From Eukaryota sp. GEM-RC1 (taxonomy: Eukaryota), in contig JAUFOQ010000002.1 of the NCBI GenBank assembly GCA_040285855.1, positions 3,162,001 through 3,226,000 on the forward strand: a stretch of 64,000 nucleotides of DNA. The letters are read 5' to 3'. Each line of letters opens with the position of its first letter. The first letter of the stretch is position 1. The translations under genes were made by a program, and so were the position numbers. The notes under the pieces were generated by a model. That model saw only the letters and a list, made by a program, of their open reading frames with translations. It did not search any database and was not told the origin of the DNA. This document shows positions 11,116 to 23,949 of this stretch, in pieces.

Positions 11116-14100
11116 ATGGAACATTCATCGATCTTTGAAAGTGAAGATCTACATCACACAGAGGCCGTAAGCAATGTTAGCGATAACAATGACGTTCTTC
11201 TATCTAATGACCTTCTATCTGGTTGCACGAGGGTTGATCCCACCGATTCTCCAGTTCCCCACTCTCCTCATTCACTCGTAAGAACACCAACCTTCCATAA
11301 TCGTTCCTTGGTGTCTCACGCTACTGTTGATCAACCTAATAATGCAAGAGAAACAAGAAACATACACCTTCCGCAGTCTCTACTAGTGCTAGTAAATGCC
11401 CAAGTACTTCGCCGCCTGAATACTTCTTTTCTACATGACCTCGATCATCGTCTCAGCTACAACACAGCAGTAGAATTAATGCCATTCATTGAAACAGTTG
11501 GTTTCATCAGCCAGCGTTTCCTTCAAACCATCTTCCCTGCTATAAAGGTGTTTCTGGAATCTAACACCATTCCTCTAGTTTCATCTGTCATGGAGCAATT
11601 CTGCCTCTTGAGTTCTGGAATCAATGCTCGAACATCATCTGTTCGACTCTTTGTCAGAGGTCTGGATTCACAATTTACTATCAACTCGGCTATTTTAAAT
11701 TATTCTTCAAAGATTACCTGTATCGTCGTGGATTCTTGTGCAAAAGTTGATTTTCTAGATCGATCTTCTCCTTACTTTCTACCAAATTTGAAATATTTGG
11801 AAATTAATGTATCTCCGTATGACAACTTTGATTCTTTCTGCAAGTCTCTCATGACTAATTCTACTGTTGAAGAGTTACAGATGAATGTTGATTGTATGTC
11901 AGGTGTTTCAGTTAGAACGTTGGCAGAAGTATTTGTGGTGAATTCCAACTTTAGGAAAGTAACTCTTTGGTCAAGAAATCATCAAGATTCTTCAGTCGCG
12001 ACCGATGAATCAAGGATTTTGATTAATGCTCTCGCTTCTAACCGAGTTATTCAAGCCATTGATTTATCTCGTCTGTCTCCCAATGATTCAACCATAATTA
12101 TTCCTCTTTTAAATAATTCAACTCTCAAAAATCTTTCTTTTCCATCATTTGCACTTCGAAACGATGTATTTCTTGCCATCGGAAATAATTCAACTTTGAA
12201 AAGTATAACTCTGAATAAGAACAGTTTTGACTCTAACAATCTTGCTGAAGTTTTGAAATCTAATACAGTTATAAGAAAACTTGAGTTGAGAGAATGTGTT
12301 TGTGAGTTAATACCAATTTTCAAATCTCTTCAATCAAATACTTCGTTGCTACAGTTGAGCATTCGTGATACCGAGACAACTCTTTATGATGAAGAAGTCC
12401 GATCTATCGTAAGTTTGTTACAAGAAAATGCTACGCTAGTTGTAGTAGACATTCCCGGAAGAAATATTTCCCTTGAACTACTCAAGACCATTTTGCAAGC
12501 TGTTTCAGCCAATACAGTGTTGAAAAAGGTGAGTTTCAACACTTTGAGCTTGAGTTTGGATAACTTAATGGCTGTGTATGAAACACTGAGTATGTTATCA
12601 CCAAGACCGATCATTTATATATCTTCTCATATTGTTAATGTCAAACTTTCAATGTTCAGCTATTCCCCTGAATCTCGTACCCAAATACGTCCTCAAACAG
12701 TGTCAAACTTGGAATCGTTTTTAACTGATTCTGGTGTTAAAGAGCTCACTCTAACACGATGTTTGTTCTCTTTTGAGTCAATCCAAGCTCTGTGTGAGCT
12801 CTTCAGGTCCAATCAGTTTCTGACTTCCGTTGACCTTAGTAATTGTAGACTCAGCGATGCCAGCTTGATGACTATCACTTGTGCTATTTCTTCCCACTCT
12901 GTTTTGAAAAGAATCAATCTCAGTATTAATGGATTCCAACTCAACAGTTTGTTGACAATTTTTGAACTTTCTTCTTGTGGCAAAATACCTTCAAGTGTGG
13001 ATGTCTCTCCTCACCTTGTACGTGCTTCTGATGGCACTATAAGATATGATGAACAAGTTACCAATACTGATTTAGAATCACTTTTAAGAGCTTTAGAAAG
13101 ATGTATTGATATTAAGCTAGTTGAAACTGATGGTTGGAAGGACTTTGATCTTCCAGGAGTTATGATACTGTATCAAATTCTTTCCATTAACAATTCAGTT
13201 ATCGCACTAAAACGCATTTGGTTTTCTATTGATGTAGAAAATGCTATCTTTAAATACACTCCATACAGTGTTGTAGGTTGTTCTGTTGATCACGTTTCTA
13301 ATCTGAAGACATTAATCAAATGTTACAACATCAAAGAACTTTGTCTTGGAAAATGCACTCCCACCGATGATGCGAACAATGCTCTTGGAATTGATGATAT
13401 CTTAAAATTCTGCGATTCTCTCAAAAACTTGAATTAAGGGATTGTCTTTGTGATTTTTCACCAATTTTTAAATCTCTTGAAGCTAATACTTCACTTATAG
13501 AGCTAAGTATTAGTAATACCAAGAAGTCACTAAGTGATGAAGAAGTCCAATCAGTATCAGAAATGTTACGACATAATGCTACTTTAATTTTTTAATTGAA
13601 TTAAGGATTCCAGGATCGTCAACTTCTTACAATCACTTTAAAATGATTGTTGATGGACTTGAAACTAATTCCACTTTAAAAACACTTATTGCACCTACAT
13701 TAGACTTCAAATCTCTAATTCTTTTGTATGAAGCCTTTGCTACCAAAAAAGGTAACTTTTACTTACACACGGATCCTCATTTAATTGACGTTTCAGTTGG
13801 TCTATTTTCTTTTCGTCCCAAGGATTTACCAAAGTTAGTGTCGAAGAAGTCTCATCTATGACATCTTTAGTTGAAAGGTTTTCCATCAGCCAACTTACTA
13901 TCAAGCAATGCTCGTTTTCCAATGATTCAATGAATGCCTTATGTGATTTACTCAAGAGCAACAGTTCCTTGACTTCTATTGACTTCACGGACTGTCGATT
14001 TTCCGACCGCAACGCGATGAGAATAATTCACATAGTTCAATCCAATACTTGTTTAAAAATCAATTAACCTCAGTAACAGTTGGTTTAGTTTCAAAAGTCT

Positions 14101-14605
14101 CTTGGCCATTCTTGGCCGTCTTTTAAATCATGAATTACTACCAAAACTGGATCTATCTCCTTATTTAGTTGATGTTGAAAAGGGTGCGTTTTGTTTTAGT
14201 CCACAGACGTATTTTCAAATATTTTCTGAACAACTGACAGCTCTCCTTGCTTTTGGACAGTCATTTACTCTCAGGAAGTTAACTCTTAATAGATGCCAGT
14301 TTTCAGATGAATCAATCAATGCTTTGTGTGATTTAATTAGGCTCAGTAATTCTTTGACTTCTATTGACTTCAGTAAGTGTGGTTTAACTGATGAGTATTT
14401 CATTCAGATCCTCTCAGCTCTACAAATCAATTCTCATGTAAATGGTTTGCATATTATTTTAGAGTTAAACTCTATTGGAGATGTCAGTGCCCTAGCTTTA
14501 GCAGAAGCTGTACGTGGAGGATTTCCCCTCATTAAATATGATCTCTCCAACACCAAAGTGACAGCCGTCGGAGTACAGGCAATAGCTGAAGCATTGAAAG
14601 GGTGA
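11116..14605 (+). CDS. Large RI-like leucine-rich repeat protein (frameshifted 3' part; possibly pseudogene)
   Basis: Repeated LxxNxxLxxLxL / LTSIDFSxC units. 13400-14450 closely matches the intact paralog at 62525-63570, which shows where the indels are. Confidence 0.75.
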
Positions 14606-14968
14606 AGCTTTAATTCAATTGAAGAAATCTAAATGCTCGATGTAAAGATCGTTCTTTTATAGAAACAATCTTTTTCTTATGTCATAAATGGAAAATTGGA
14701 TAATTTTTTAAATGTTCAAATGAAACCAATTGAGCTCGAATGGTTTGTCGTTTATGGATATTTAGAATTATGTTTACAACTTGGAACTGCATTCCCAACA
14801 ACATAGGATTTATTAAGTCTGAGTAGTGTAGGTACAAATCCCTATAGGATGTGAACAATTGGAATTGACATACTTTCTGACAGTTTCTAAATTTGTATGT
14901 CAATAATATTGTCTTGGTGTTGATTTTTACCAAATACCCTCAAGCGTTCCCTGAATTCTGTTCTGGAA

Positions 14969-15865
14969 GTGGACTACTGTGATCCGGGTAATCCCTTCCG
15001 TTGTCTGGTCGACGAGCTACCTTTTTTCTTAGAGAAAATTGCTCATGTGAGTCAACATTTCCATGCCTCAGCCTTTTCTGCTGTTAAACTGTTTCTTGAA
15101 AGAAATACGTTTCCAGTAGTTCCTGAAGACCTTCCGCAACTTTCATTCATTGCTTCTCTCTTTAAAGCGGCCATTCCATCAGTGTTTCTGTACATTGAAG
15201 ACTGCTTTAAGATTGAAGACTTACTCGACTACACCAACATCATTTCTGGATTGAAAGCACCATTGGTTTGTCAATCTGATTTGCAGTTCCTTGACCAATC
15301 ATCGCCTTTGTTCTTCCCACATCTGAAACAGCTCGATGTGAATGCTGACTCTGCTATTTTCATCGAACTGGTTAATGCCTTGAAGTTTAATTCCACTATT
15401 ACTGTTCTTGATCTTGAATTTGGTTCTCTTTGTGCTGATTGTGTCACTTCCCTCAGTGATGCATTGAGAGTCAATTCATCTATCAAAACCATTACTCTTG
15501 TGGGTATCTCTATGGGCGACGACTATTCAATCGCGTTGGCCGATTCGCTGAAGGTTAATTCGACAATCACGGACATTAATCTCGAGTTTAACTCTATTGG
15601 TAGTGAAGGCGTTGTGATCTTATCTGAAGCTTTGAGAGTGAACTCAACAATCAAGGCAATTAATCTTGGAGGTAACTCTGTCGATGCTATTGGAGCTAAG
15701 GCATTGGCTGATGCTTTGAGAGTGAATCGTTCAATCACTAGAGTCAGTTTGGGGTGTAACTCTATTGGTGATGAAGGTGTTCTTGCATTAGCTAATGTTC
15801 TGGAAGACAACTCTTCCATTTCTGAAATTAGTCTAGTGTATATAAGCCTCAGTTACCAAGTGTGA
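14969..15865 (+). CDS. RI-like LRR protein with 28-aa repeats (start uncertain, possibly truncated)
   Basis: Repeats LxxALxVNSxIxxIxLxxNSIGxEG; N-terminal part resembles the 11116 protein (FLDxSSPxFxPxLKxL). Confidence 0.75.
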   Translation: MDYCDPGNPFRCLVDELPFFLEKIAHVSQHFHASAFSAVKLFLERNTFPVVPEDLPQLSFIASLFKAAIPSVFLYIEDCFKIEDLLDYTNIISGLKAPLVCQSDLQFLDQSSPLFFPHLKQLDVNADSAIFIELVNALKFNSTITVLDLEFGSLCADCVTSLSDALRVNSSIKTITLVGISMGDDYSIALADSLKVNSTITDINLEFNSIGSEGVVILSEALRVNSTIKAINLGGNSVDAIGAKALADALRVNRSITRVSLGCNSIGDEGVLALANVLEDNSSISEISLVYISLSYQV

Positions 15866-16159
15866 GCAAAAACTCGAATTGCCTAAATACAGCTTATTGT
15901 CCGTTAAACAGGGATTTATAACGAGTTATTTTCCAAAGTTACCAGTAGGACAAAGAGAGTCCCTGAACCTACAAACTGAAAGAATGATTTTCCAAGAAGT
16001 CAATTGGAGCACCAGATCATTTTTTGAAGATTCCATTTTAGGGCCAACAATCTACAAATGGCATTAAAAGGGGCGCGAAAAAATGCTGAGAAAAACTCAC
16101 AACATGAAACTAAATATAAATACATGCTGTTTAAACACTATTTGTATTAAATACTATAC

Positions 16160-16345
16160 TATTTGCAATCGCATTGTTTTTCCTTATATAGAAGTTTCTC
16201 CAAGTATATGAATCGTATTCTGGATAAATTGTATCGTGTAGTTCAAGAGTAGAAGTGGATCATTTAATATCTTTTAAGTACTAGTTGTTTGTATTTCGAT
16301 AATTTATAACATAAAACCTTTGTACAAAAATTTGTATTAATTTAT
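16160..16345 (+). mobile_element. Short 3' tail of an RLE retrotransposon
   Basis: NRIVFSLYRSFSKYMNRILDKLY-like translation plus a 3' motif TTATTGTTGCAAAT shared with 42640 and 57085. Confidence 0.55.
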
Positions 16346-16993
16346 TGTTGCAAATTAACTCTTAAGATCTTTCAAAACAAATTTTCATTCGAACTGCCTG
16401 ATTCTAAAAAGAAAAGCAGTTACCACCAAACAACTTAAACATCAAATGGAATCAACACTTCTATACATTGACTTAAAAATCACTTCCAGTACGACATTGT
16501 AAACTTTGTACCAAATTCTGAACACAAATGTTCAAACAAATTTCAAAATTCCTTAGTAAAAGAACCGAAATTGCCGTAAAAAGATACCGCAAAAGGCTGA
16601 TAGACAAAGAGAGATTGAAGACATACAAGTCAATCATGGAAGACTTCTGTTGTAAGGACATTCAATCATATTAGAGTTGTTTGCCAGTAGGTCTTGAAAC
16701 ACAACTACATCCACTTCCATACGTCCATAACCGTATTCCAGTCGTTTAAATTGAGAGTCCCTGTCAATTGTGGCTTCATTCGGTAGTTGACTTTAGTAAC
16801 GGTGTTTCAACTTTCAAGTGAAAGATTGTTCATGACCAATATAATTTTGGGCTATACTGTAGTGGTCGAAATTGCTGCAGTACTGTCGGTGTCCAAACGT
16901 GTACTACAGTAGTACAAAAAGTGTAGTGAAATAAAGTAATATATTAAAATAAAAAAAACTAAATAATTAAACTAAAGAAAAACAAGTCCAAAA

Positions 16994-19447
16994 CTAATCA
17001 TAATTAAATTTTACAGCAGAAGTCTGGTTTATGTCAATTCTTCCGGTATACCCACCCTTCTTTAACTTAGTTTTCTGACTCCTAAATCCTTTTCCTCTAG
17101 TGGGAGCTAGCTTAGAGAACGCCTTTTGTCCGAAATGATCCTGTTTGGTAGAGAATTCGTTAGATTTTAAACGTTCATCGTTAAATTCAACATTGGCAAA
17201 CTTTGAATGTCGATTGTCCATATTCTGAAGTCGTTTGTTAGTATTCCGAACTAGTTTATAGTCAGGTTGTTGTGGAGGTTCTTCAGTTCTGGACTGTTTA
17301 TGTGTTTGACTATAGGAATTAGTCGAAAGGCGTTTTTTACCAGCTGTAGCGGTAACTGCAACGGGAGCAGCTTCAGCTTCAGATTCGGAACTATCATCAG
17401 ACTCACTATCAGACGAAGAATCAGATGATTTAACTGTATCAGCAATCATTGCAACGGGAACAGCTTCAGCTTCAGATTCGGAACTATCATCAGACTCACT
17501 ATCAGACGAAGAATCAGATGATTTAACAGTTTTAGCGGTAACTGCAACGGGAGCAGCTTCAGCTTCAGATTCGGAACTATCATCAGACTCACTATCAGAC
17601 GAAGAATCAGATGATTTAACTGTATCAGCAATCATTGCAACGGGAACAGCTTCAGCTTCAGATTCGGAACTATCATCAGACTCACTATCAGACGAAGAAT
17701 CAGATGATTTAACAGTTTTAGCGGTAACTGCAACGGGAGCAGCTTCAGCTTCAGATTCGGAACTATCATCAGACTCACTATCGGACGAAGAATCAGATGA
17801 TTTAACAGTTTTAGCGGTAACTGCAACGGGAGCAGCTTCAGCTTCAGATTCGGAACTATCATCAGACTCACTATCGGACGAAGAATCAGATGATTTAACA
17901 GTTTTAGCGGTAACTGCAACGGGAGCAGCTTCAGCTTCAGATTCTGAACTATCATCAGACGAAGAATCAGATGATTTAACAGTTTTAGCGGTAACTGCAA
18001 CGGGAGCAGCTTCAGCTTCAGATTCTGAACTATCATCAGATTCACTATCAGACGAAGAATCAGATGATTTAACTGTATCAGCAATCATTGCAACGGGAAC
18101 AGCTTCAGCTTCAGATTCGGAGCTATCATCAGATTCACTATCAGACGAAGAATCAGATGATTTAACTGTATCAGCAATCATTGCAACGGGAACAGCTTCA
18201 GCTTCAGATTCGGAGCTATCATCAGATTCACTATCAGACGAAGAATCAGATGATTTAACTGTATCAGCAATCATTGCAACGGGAACAGCTTCAGCTTCAG
18301 ATTCGGAGCTATCATCAGATTCACTATCAGACGAAGAATCAGATGATTTAACAGTTTTAGCGGTAACTGCAACGGGAGCAGCTTCAGCTTCAGATTCGGA
18401 ACTATCATCAGATTCACTATCAGACGAAGAATCAGATGATTTAACTGTATCAGCAATCATTGCAACGGGAGCAGCTTCAGCTTCAGATTCGGAGCTATCA
18501 TCAGACTCACTATCAGACGAAGAATCAGATGATTTAAATGTATCAGCAATCATTGCAACGGGAACAGCTTCAGCTTCAGATTCGGAACTATCATCAGACT
18601 CACTATCAGACGAAGAATCAGATGATTTAACTGTATCAGCAATCATTGCAACGGGAGCAGCTTCAGCTTCAGATTCGGAACTATCATCAGATTCACTATC
18701 AGACGAAGAATCAGATGATTTAACTGTATCAGCAATCATTGCAACGGGAGCAGCTTCAGCTTCAGATTCTGAACTATCATCAGATTCACTATCAGACGAA
18801 GAATCAGATGATTTAACTGTATCAGCAATCATTGCAACGGGAACAGCTTCAGCTTCAGATTCGGAGCTATCATCAGATTCACTATCAGACGAAGAATCAG
18901 ATGATTTAACTGTATCAGCAATCATTGCAACGGGAACAGCTTCAGCTTCAGATTCGGAGCTATCATCAGATTCACTATCAGACGAAGAATCAGATGATTT
19001 AACAGTTTTAGCGGTAACTGCAACGGGAGCAGCTTCAGCTTCAGATTCGGAACTATTATCAGATTCACTATCGGACGAAGAATCAGATGATTTAACTGTA
19101 TCAGCAATCATTGCAACGGGAGCAGCTTCAGCTTCAGATTCGGAACTATCATCAGACTCACTATCGGACGAAGAATCAGATGATTTAACTGTATCAGCAA
19201 TCATTGCAACGGGAGCAGCTTCAGCTTCAGATTCGGAACTATCATCAGATTCACTATCAGACGAAGAATCAGAAGAGTTATCAGCATCAACAGAAGATGG
19301 AATGAGAGGAACTTCGACTTCAGATTCGGAACTATCAGATGACTCACTTTCAGGTGAAGATTTGGAAGAAATCGATTCTAGACTATTGGATATAAGAATA
19401 TTAGGGGAAGATGCATAATCCGAGTCCTCAGAGGAGTCTGTGGACAT
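16994..19447 (-). CDS. SRP40: Nucleolar phosphoprotein SRP40/Nopp140-like
   Basis: Ser/acidic repeats plus C-terminal SRP40_C-like motif FGQKAFSKLAPTRGKGFRSQKTKLKKGGYTG. Confidence 0.88.
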   Translation of the reverse strand: MSTDSSEDSDYASSPNILISNSLESISSKSSPESESSDSSESEVEVPLIPSSVDADNSSDSSSDSESDDSSESEAEAAPVAMIADTVKSSDSSSDSESDDSSESEAEAAPVAMIADTVKSSDSSSDSESDNSSESEAEAAPVAVTAKTVKSSDSSSDSESDDSSESEAEAVPVAMIADTVKSSDSSSDSESDDSSESEAEAVPVAMIADTVKSSDSSSDSESDDSSESEAEAAPVAMIADTVKSSDSSSDSESDDSSESEAEAAPVAMIADTVKSSDSSSDSESDDSSESEAEAVPVAMIADTFKSSDSSSDSESDDSSESEAEAAPVAMIADTVKSSDSSSDSESDDSSESEAEAAPVAVTAKTVKSSDSSSDSESDDSSESEAEAVPVAMIADTVKSSDSSSDSESDDSSESEAEAVPVAMIADTVKSSDSSSDSESDDSSESEAEAVPVAMIADTVKSSDSSSDSESDDSSESEAEAAPVAVTAKTVKSSDSSSDDSSESEAEAAPVAVTAKTVKSSDSSSDSESDDSSESEAEAAPVAVTAKTVKSSDSSSDSESDDSSESEAEAAPVAVTAKTVKSSDSSSDSESDDSSESEAEAVPVAMIADTVKSSDSSSDSESDDSSESEAEAAPVAVTAKTVKSSDSSSDSESDDSSESEAEAVPVAMIADTVKSSDSSSDSESDDSSESEAEAAPVAVTATAGKKRLSTNSYSQTHKQSRTEEPPQQPDYKLVRNTNKRLQNMDNRHSKFANVEFNDERLKSNEFSTKQDHFGQKAFSKLAPTRGKGFRSQKTKLKKGGYTGRIDINQTSAVKFNYD
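17345..19270 (-). repeat. Coding 93-bp (31-aa) tandem array, about 21 units
   Basis: Unit VKSSDSSSDSESDDSSESEAEA(A/V)PVA(MIAD/VTAK)T; one unit near 17950 lacks 15 nt. Confidence 0.95.
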
Positions 19448-19523
19448 GTTTTTCTGAAAGAAGTGCTATGGAAGTGGGGTGTATCTTACAATTCTCTGCC
19501 TAGACTCTGCTCTACTTTAGATC

Positions 19524-20681
19524 ATGGCTTTACCCACACTAGCCACATCTTCTGTACTACTTCCATCTCAAGATTTGCCTTCTGATGCTGTCCCTGTTGA
19601 AGGTTATAAATGGGATGGCCCCCTTGATTACAATAAACTTCTCCAATCTTATGCCACCTCAGGATTTCAGGCGTCTAACTTTGGATCTGCGGTTGATGTT
19701 ATCAACAAAATGGTTTGTTACTTGTCCCATTAACGGCTGATTCAATGTCGATATGGAACTTCCATCCCTGAAAGTGCCGATCAAGACGAACATCCAGATG
19801 ATGTCGATTCTCCTCTCGTAGACGACCAAAATCGCCCACGGTGTACAATCTTTCTTGGCTTCACCTCTAACCTCATTTCCTCGGGTCTACGTGAGACATT
19901 ATGCTTTCTAACTAAGAATAGAATGGTAGATGTCGTTGTTTCGACTGCTGGAGGCGTTGAAGAAGATATCATTAAGTGTCTGTCAAAGACATATATGGGA
20001 AGCTTCTCATTACCCGGAAAGGATCTTCGTGAACAAGGAATCAATCGAATCGGTAATTTACTGGTACCAAACAACAACTACTGTGCATTTGAAGACTTCT
20101 TCATGCCCTTTCTCCACTCTCTTCTCGATGAACAAGAACAAACTGGTATAGTCTGGACACCTTCAAAAATCATTCATAAGCTGGGGGAAACCATCAATGA
20201 CGAGACATCTGTTTGTTATTGGTGTTATAAGAACAACATTCCAATCTATTGTCCAGCTTTGACTGACGGGTCAATGGGGGACATGATCTACTTCTTTTCA
20301 TATAAAAGACCTGGTCTGATTATTGACCTTGTCGGTGATATTAGAGCTCTTAATGACACTGCAGTTACTGCGCGACATTCTGGTATGATTGTTTTGGGTG
20401 GAGGGTTAGTTAAACATCATATATTTAATGCTAATTTAATGCGTAATGGTGCGGATTACGCCGTGGTTGTTAATACAGCGTCTGAATTCGATGGGAGTGA
20501 CGCTGGAGCTAAGCCCGATGAAGCAGTATCTTGGGGGAAGATTCGTTTGAAGGCAGCTTCTGCAAAGGTACATGCAGATGCTACTCTAGTGTTTCCGCTA
20601 CTTGTTGCTCAGACATTTGCAAGGATCACTACAGATGAAACCCATATTCGTGTCAAGGAACAACTGTGTAATCAGTCATGA
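19524..20681 (+). CDS. DHPS: Deoxyhypusine synthase, two exons (intron 19713-19739)
   Basis: [54 protein letters not shown]. The in-frame TAA at 19731 lies in a GTTTGT-starting 27-nt intron. Confidence 0.95.
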
Positions 20682-20902
20682 TTAAATTTTGAATTTGATC
20701 TTTTCCTATTTCATCTTGACGATAGCTTTAGTATTTTTTAATCCACTGATTTTGTGGAAAATAAATTATTATCTTTCTGCTAGTGTTTTATCTTGAAAGA
20801 CTGGTACTACTGTAAGTTCACTCAACGTGTGTGGTGTCTGTAACAGAATCGAATACTAGTAGAGTAATGCAATACAGTAAACACATTTAAATACCAGAAA
20901 TA

Positions 20903-21908
20903 ATGTGCCAAACTAATCTTCAGTTCTGTCTGAAAAAATTACAACAGAAACTAACAAATATTTTTGAAAGCTTGGATTATAATGTTAGACTTGGCATGGC
21001 CAAGGAAAAAAATCCCGATTTTGCAAATTTCTTAATGGATGTTTCTAATAGCTCTGCTTCATGTCTGATTACTCAAATCCCTCACGTTTACGGTCTTCTT
21101 CTTGATGATAACTCTTGGTCATTAAACATGCGTTTACGGTCATATATTTGGCCTGATAACCTTCCACATAATTTGAAATGCCAATGTGGGCAATCTGTAA
21201 CACCTACACATTTATTGAATTGTAACCGTTTTATTTCTTTTTAGAAGTAAGGTTCATGATTCAGTAAGGGATCAATTATATTGTATGTGTAAATCTTATG
21301 GAATAGTTTCCTTTTAGAACCAGTTCTGGCTGGTTTGTTTGATGATACAGATGGTGACGAATCGTTTGGAAATAGCCGTGGTGATGTCATATTTCCTGGT
21401 CTTGATGGATCTTTCATTATTGCTGATGTTATGTCTATCGATGTTTGTAATGATTCCAACAAGAAACTTGCTAAATCTAATGCTAAAAACCCCTTGTTGA
21501 TTAGTGAAAAATTTAAAATGCAAAAATATTGTGCTAAATTGAAATTATTGAATTCGGCTTCACACTCGAATTACTTGCTGTACCCTTTTGTATTTTCACT
21601 GTACGGTTCTTTAGGTGAATCTGCGACATCATTACTTGAAATCTTTGTGAAGATTGTAAAAGAAAAAACATCTAGGACTTTTGATCTTAGAATTTGGAAA
21701 AATCGAATCGTGTTTGCTATCTTTAAAGGAATGGTGACTTCTGTTTCTAGTGCTTTATTATCTCTTGGCAGACATTATGAGGATAAGGTTGGTGAAAATT
21801 TCCAGATAGGCAATCTGGACTTTGAGGATATTGATTATTAGATGTATGTACACTGTAGTGTTGTTGTCTATTACTTTTAGAATAAATAATTACGTTATTC
21901 AAAAAAAA
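20903..21908 (+). mobile_element. 5'-truncated RLE-type (CRE-like) non-LTR retrotransposon
   Basis: CQCG...HLLNC knuckle, RGDVIFP, IADVMSIDVC, EKFKMQKY, PFVFSLYG; ends in an A run at 21901-21908. Confidence 0.8.
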
Positions 21909-22004
21909 CTGTGAAAATGTAAATTTTGGTGCACCTATATACGGAAGCATCAAATGTATCACGTTTCTCTAAATGAAGATGATACCAAACCAATGGAACG
22001 AATA

Positions 22005-22069
22005 TATTACTATTACTATTACTATTACTATTACTATTACTATTACTATTACTATTACTATTACTATTA
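22005..22069. repeat. (TATTAC)10 microsatellite
   Basis: Ten perfect hexamers plus a partial unit. Confidence 0.95.
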
Positions 22070-23949
22070 AAAGAGTATATGGAAGGATGCTAGTTGGCAA
22101 TATTGTGTTCTTCATCATATAAATTATGGTCATGTTTTGATTTGACCTTTGATCTTTTCAAAAAGCTTTCTTGAAAAAATCTCACTTACAGTATATCCGA
22201 TATACAATGACTTAACGTCCTAAGCACTGTGTTACCTTTTTAATTAATTTAAGATTATATGTCATTTTTATCAAAAATATACAAAAGCATCACAATTAGG
22301 GAACCCAGCCTAACACCTCTTGTATCTTGCTTTAAACGTTTTACAAGTGTATGTTCTGGAAGAATTCTAGAATTTCTTCTAAAGTTTGCTAGAACTCACG
22401 GCAAATAGATCTTTCTGAGAGGCTTTAAACTACTACTTATACATTTCTGACCATAAATTCAATGGTTGATCAGGGTCCTTTTCCGCAATGTTTTTTAACT
22501 AATTGAAAAGTCAAGACCATTTTTAATAAATAATTTGTTTTGACAATTATATAGGGAGACAACAAACCACATTTTGATATGCTTTAACATTGTTTTGACA
22601 ATTCCGATTTGAACCAGACTATACATCAACAATAACAGAAGAATCAACACAATTACTAGTGATTCAACTGTTGATTGAGTCACTACCTAAAAATAGTCTT
22701 GGAAAGACCTCAAAATCCCGTTTTGATCTTAATACCGTCGATTTTTGGAAGATTTTCTTTGTTTAAAAAGCATTTTGAGAAATAGTAGAAAGACTTTTCT
22801 AAATTTTTGAAAATTACGAAAAGTCCTAATGGTGAGTACTGTCGAGTCCTAGTTTTTAATAATATTAAATTGTACATGTAATTTTCTTATCATAAAGAAA
22901 TGTAAAATTAGGAACTTCGTGAATTCGACTGTTTTTTAAGTGTTAAAAACAATCAAAATAAACTGCCCTACAATTACAGGACAGATAGATATGTTTTATC
23001 GTTTCAAAAACAAGAAGAGAAATCGATCAACTAACTAAGGAAGTACAGTACACAGTTCCAGTTACATACAATTACTGAATCTGCATGCATAGACATCTTA
23101 AAAAAGCACCAAAAAGATTTGTGATGAGACAGTAAAGAAGAAAAAACTGAACTGGAAAAAGACTCAGCGAAAAATTAAGATCGGTGAAGCTACAGCACAG
23201 GAAAAACTGAATCTCTTACACTTGCACAAGTTTGACCTATGTGCTCTGTAAATATCAACCAATAATCTATCAAAAGATTTAGAAAATTGACGTAAGTATG
23301 GCATCCTCGCCAATTACAGTAAATTTAGCAGATACTAGTAGATACGAAATTATCTTCTTTTAACTCCTAACCACGTCCACATATTTTTAGCTTATTGGGG
23401 TGACGACAACAATCACCCAATAAATCTAACTCTTCCTTTCTAACTTCTGTGGGCTTAATATCTACTTCAGTTCTTTTCAACCATCAAAATGAGAAACTAA
23501 AGACGTGATGAAAGCAGAAGATTCTCAGTCACTACAAAGATGCATTGGCTAATTGTAACTATAGCCTTGCTCTTTCTGAATCGTTGTTATGCGATTCTAT
23601 AGTATAGCGAAGGCGAAGTGTGTTGATTCCATACAAGAGTCTTAAAAAAATCTCTTTCAAGTTAGTTCATGACCAGTTTTGACTCAATATCGAAATAACC
23701 GGAAATATGATGAAAACGACAACAAGTTGTCAGTTCGAAATTGAGTTTTTACTAATTTTGTGAGTTGTCAATACATTACAGTAAACAGTGTAATTAGTGT
23801 GGATTTTAAATTAGTGAAGTCAACCATTAGTGTGGACCACACCAATTCTAATTTTCGTTCTTTAATTTATGATTACTTTATAATAAAATAGTGTGGGTGC
23901 TCCTACCATACAACTTTGTTTATAAATGTAACTAAAGTACCAGTACTAC

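Noticed and set aside
17251..19107. CRISPR-like array, or separate Leu-rich ORFs (MLIQLNHL...)
   Set aside because: There are no unique spacers; these are alternate frames of the SRP40 coding repeat.
19731..19733. TAA reassigned to Gln or read through in DHPS
   Set aside because: TAA terminates BUD23, XRN1, IMPACT and others, and this codon sits in a GTTTGT-starting intron-like segment.
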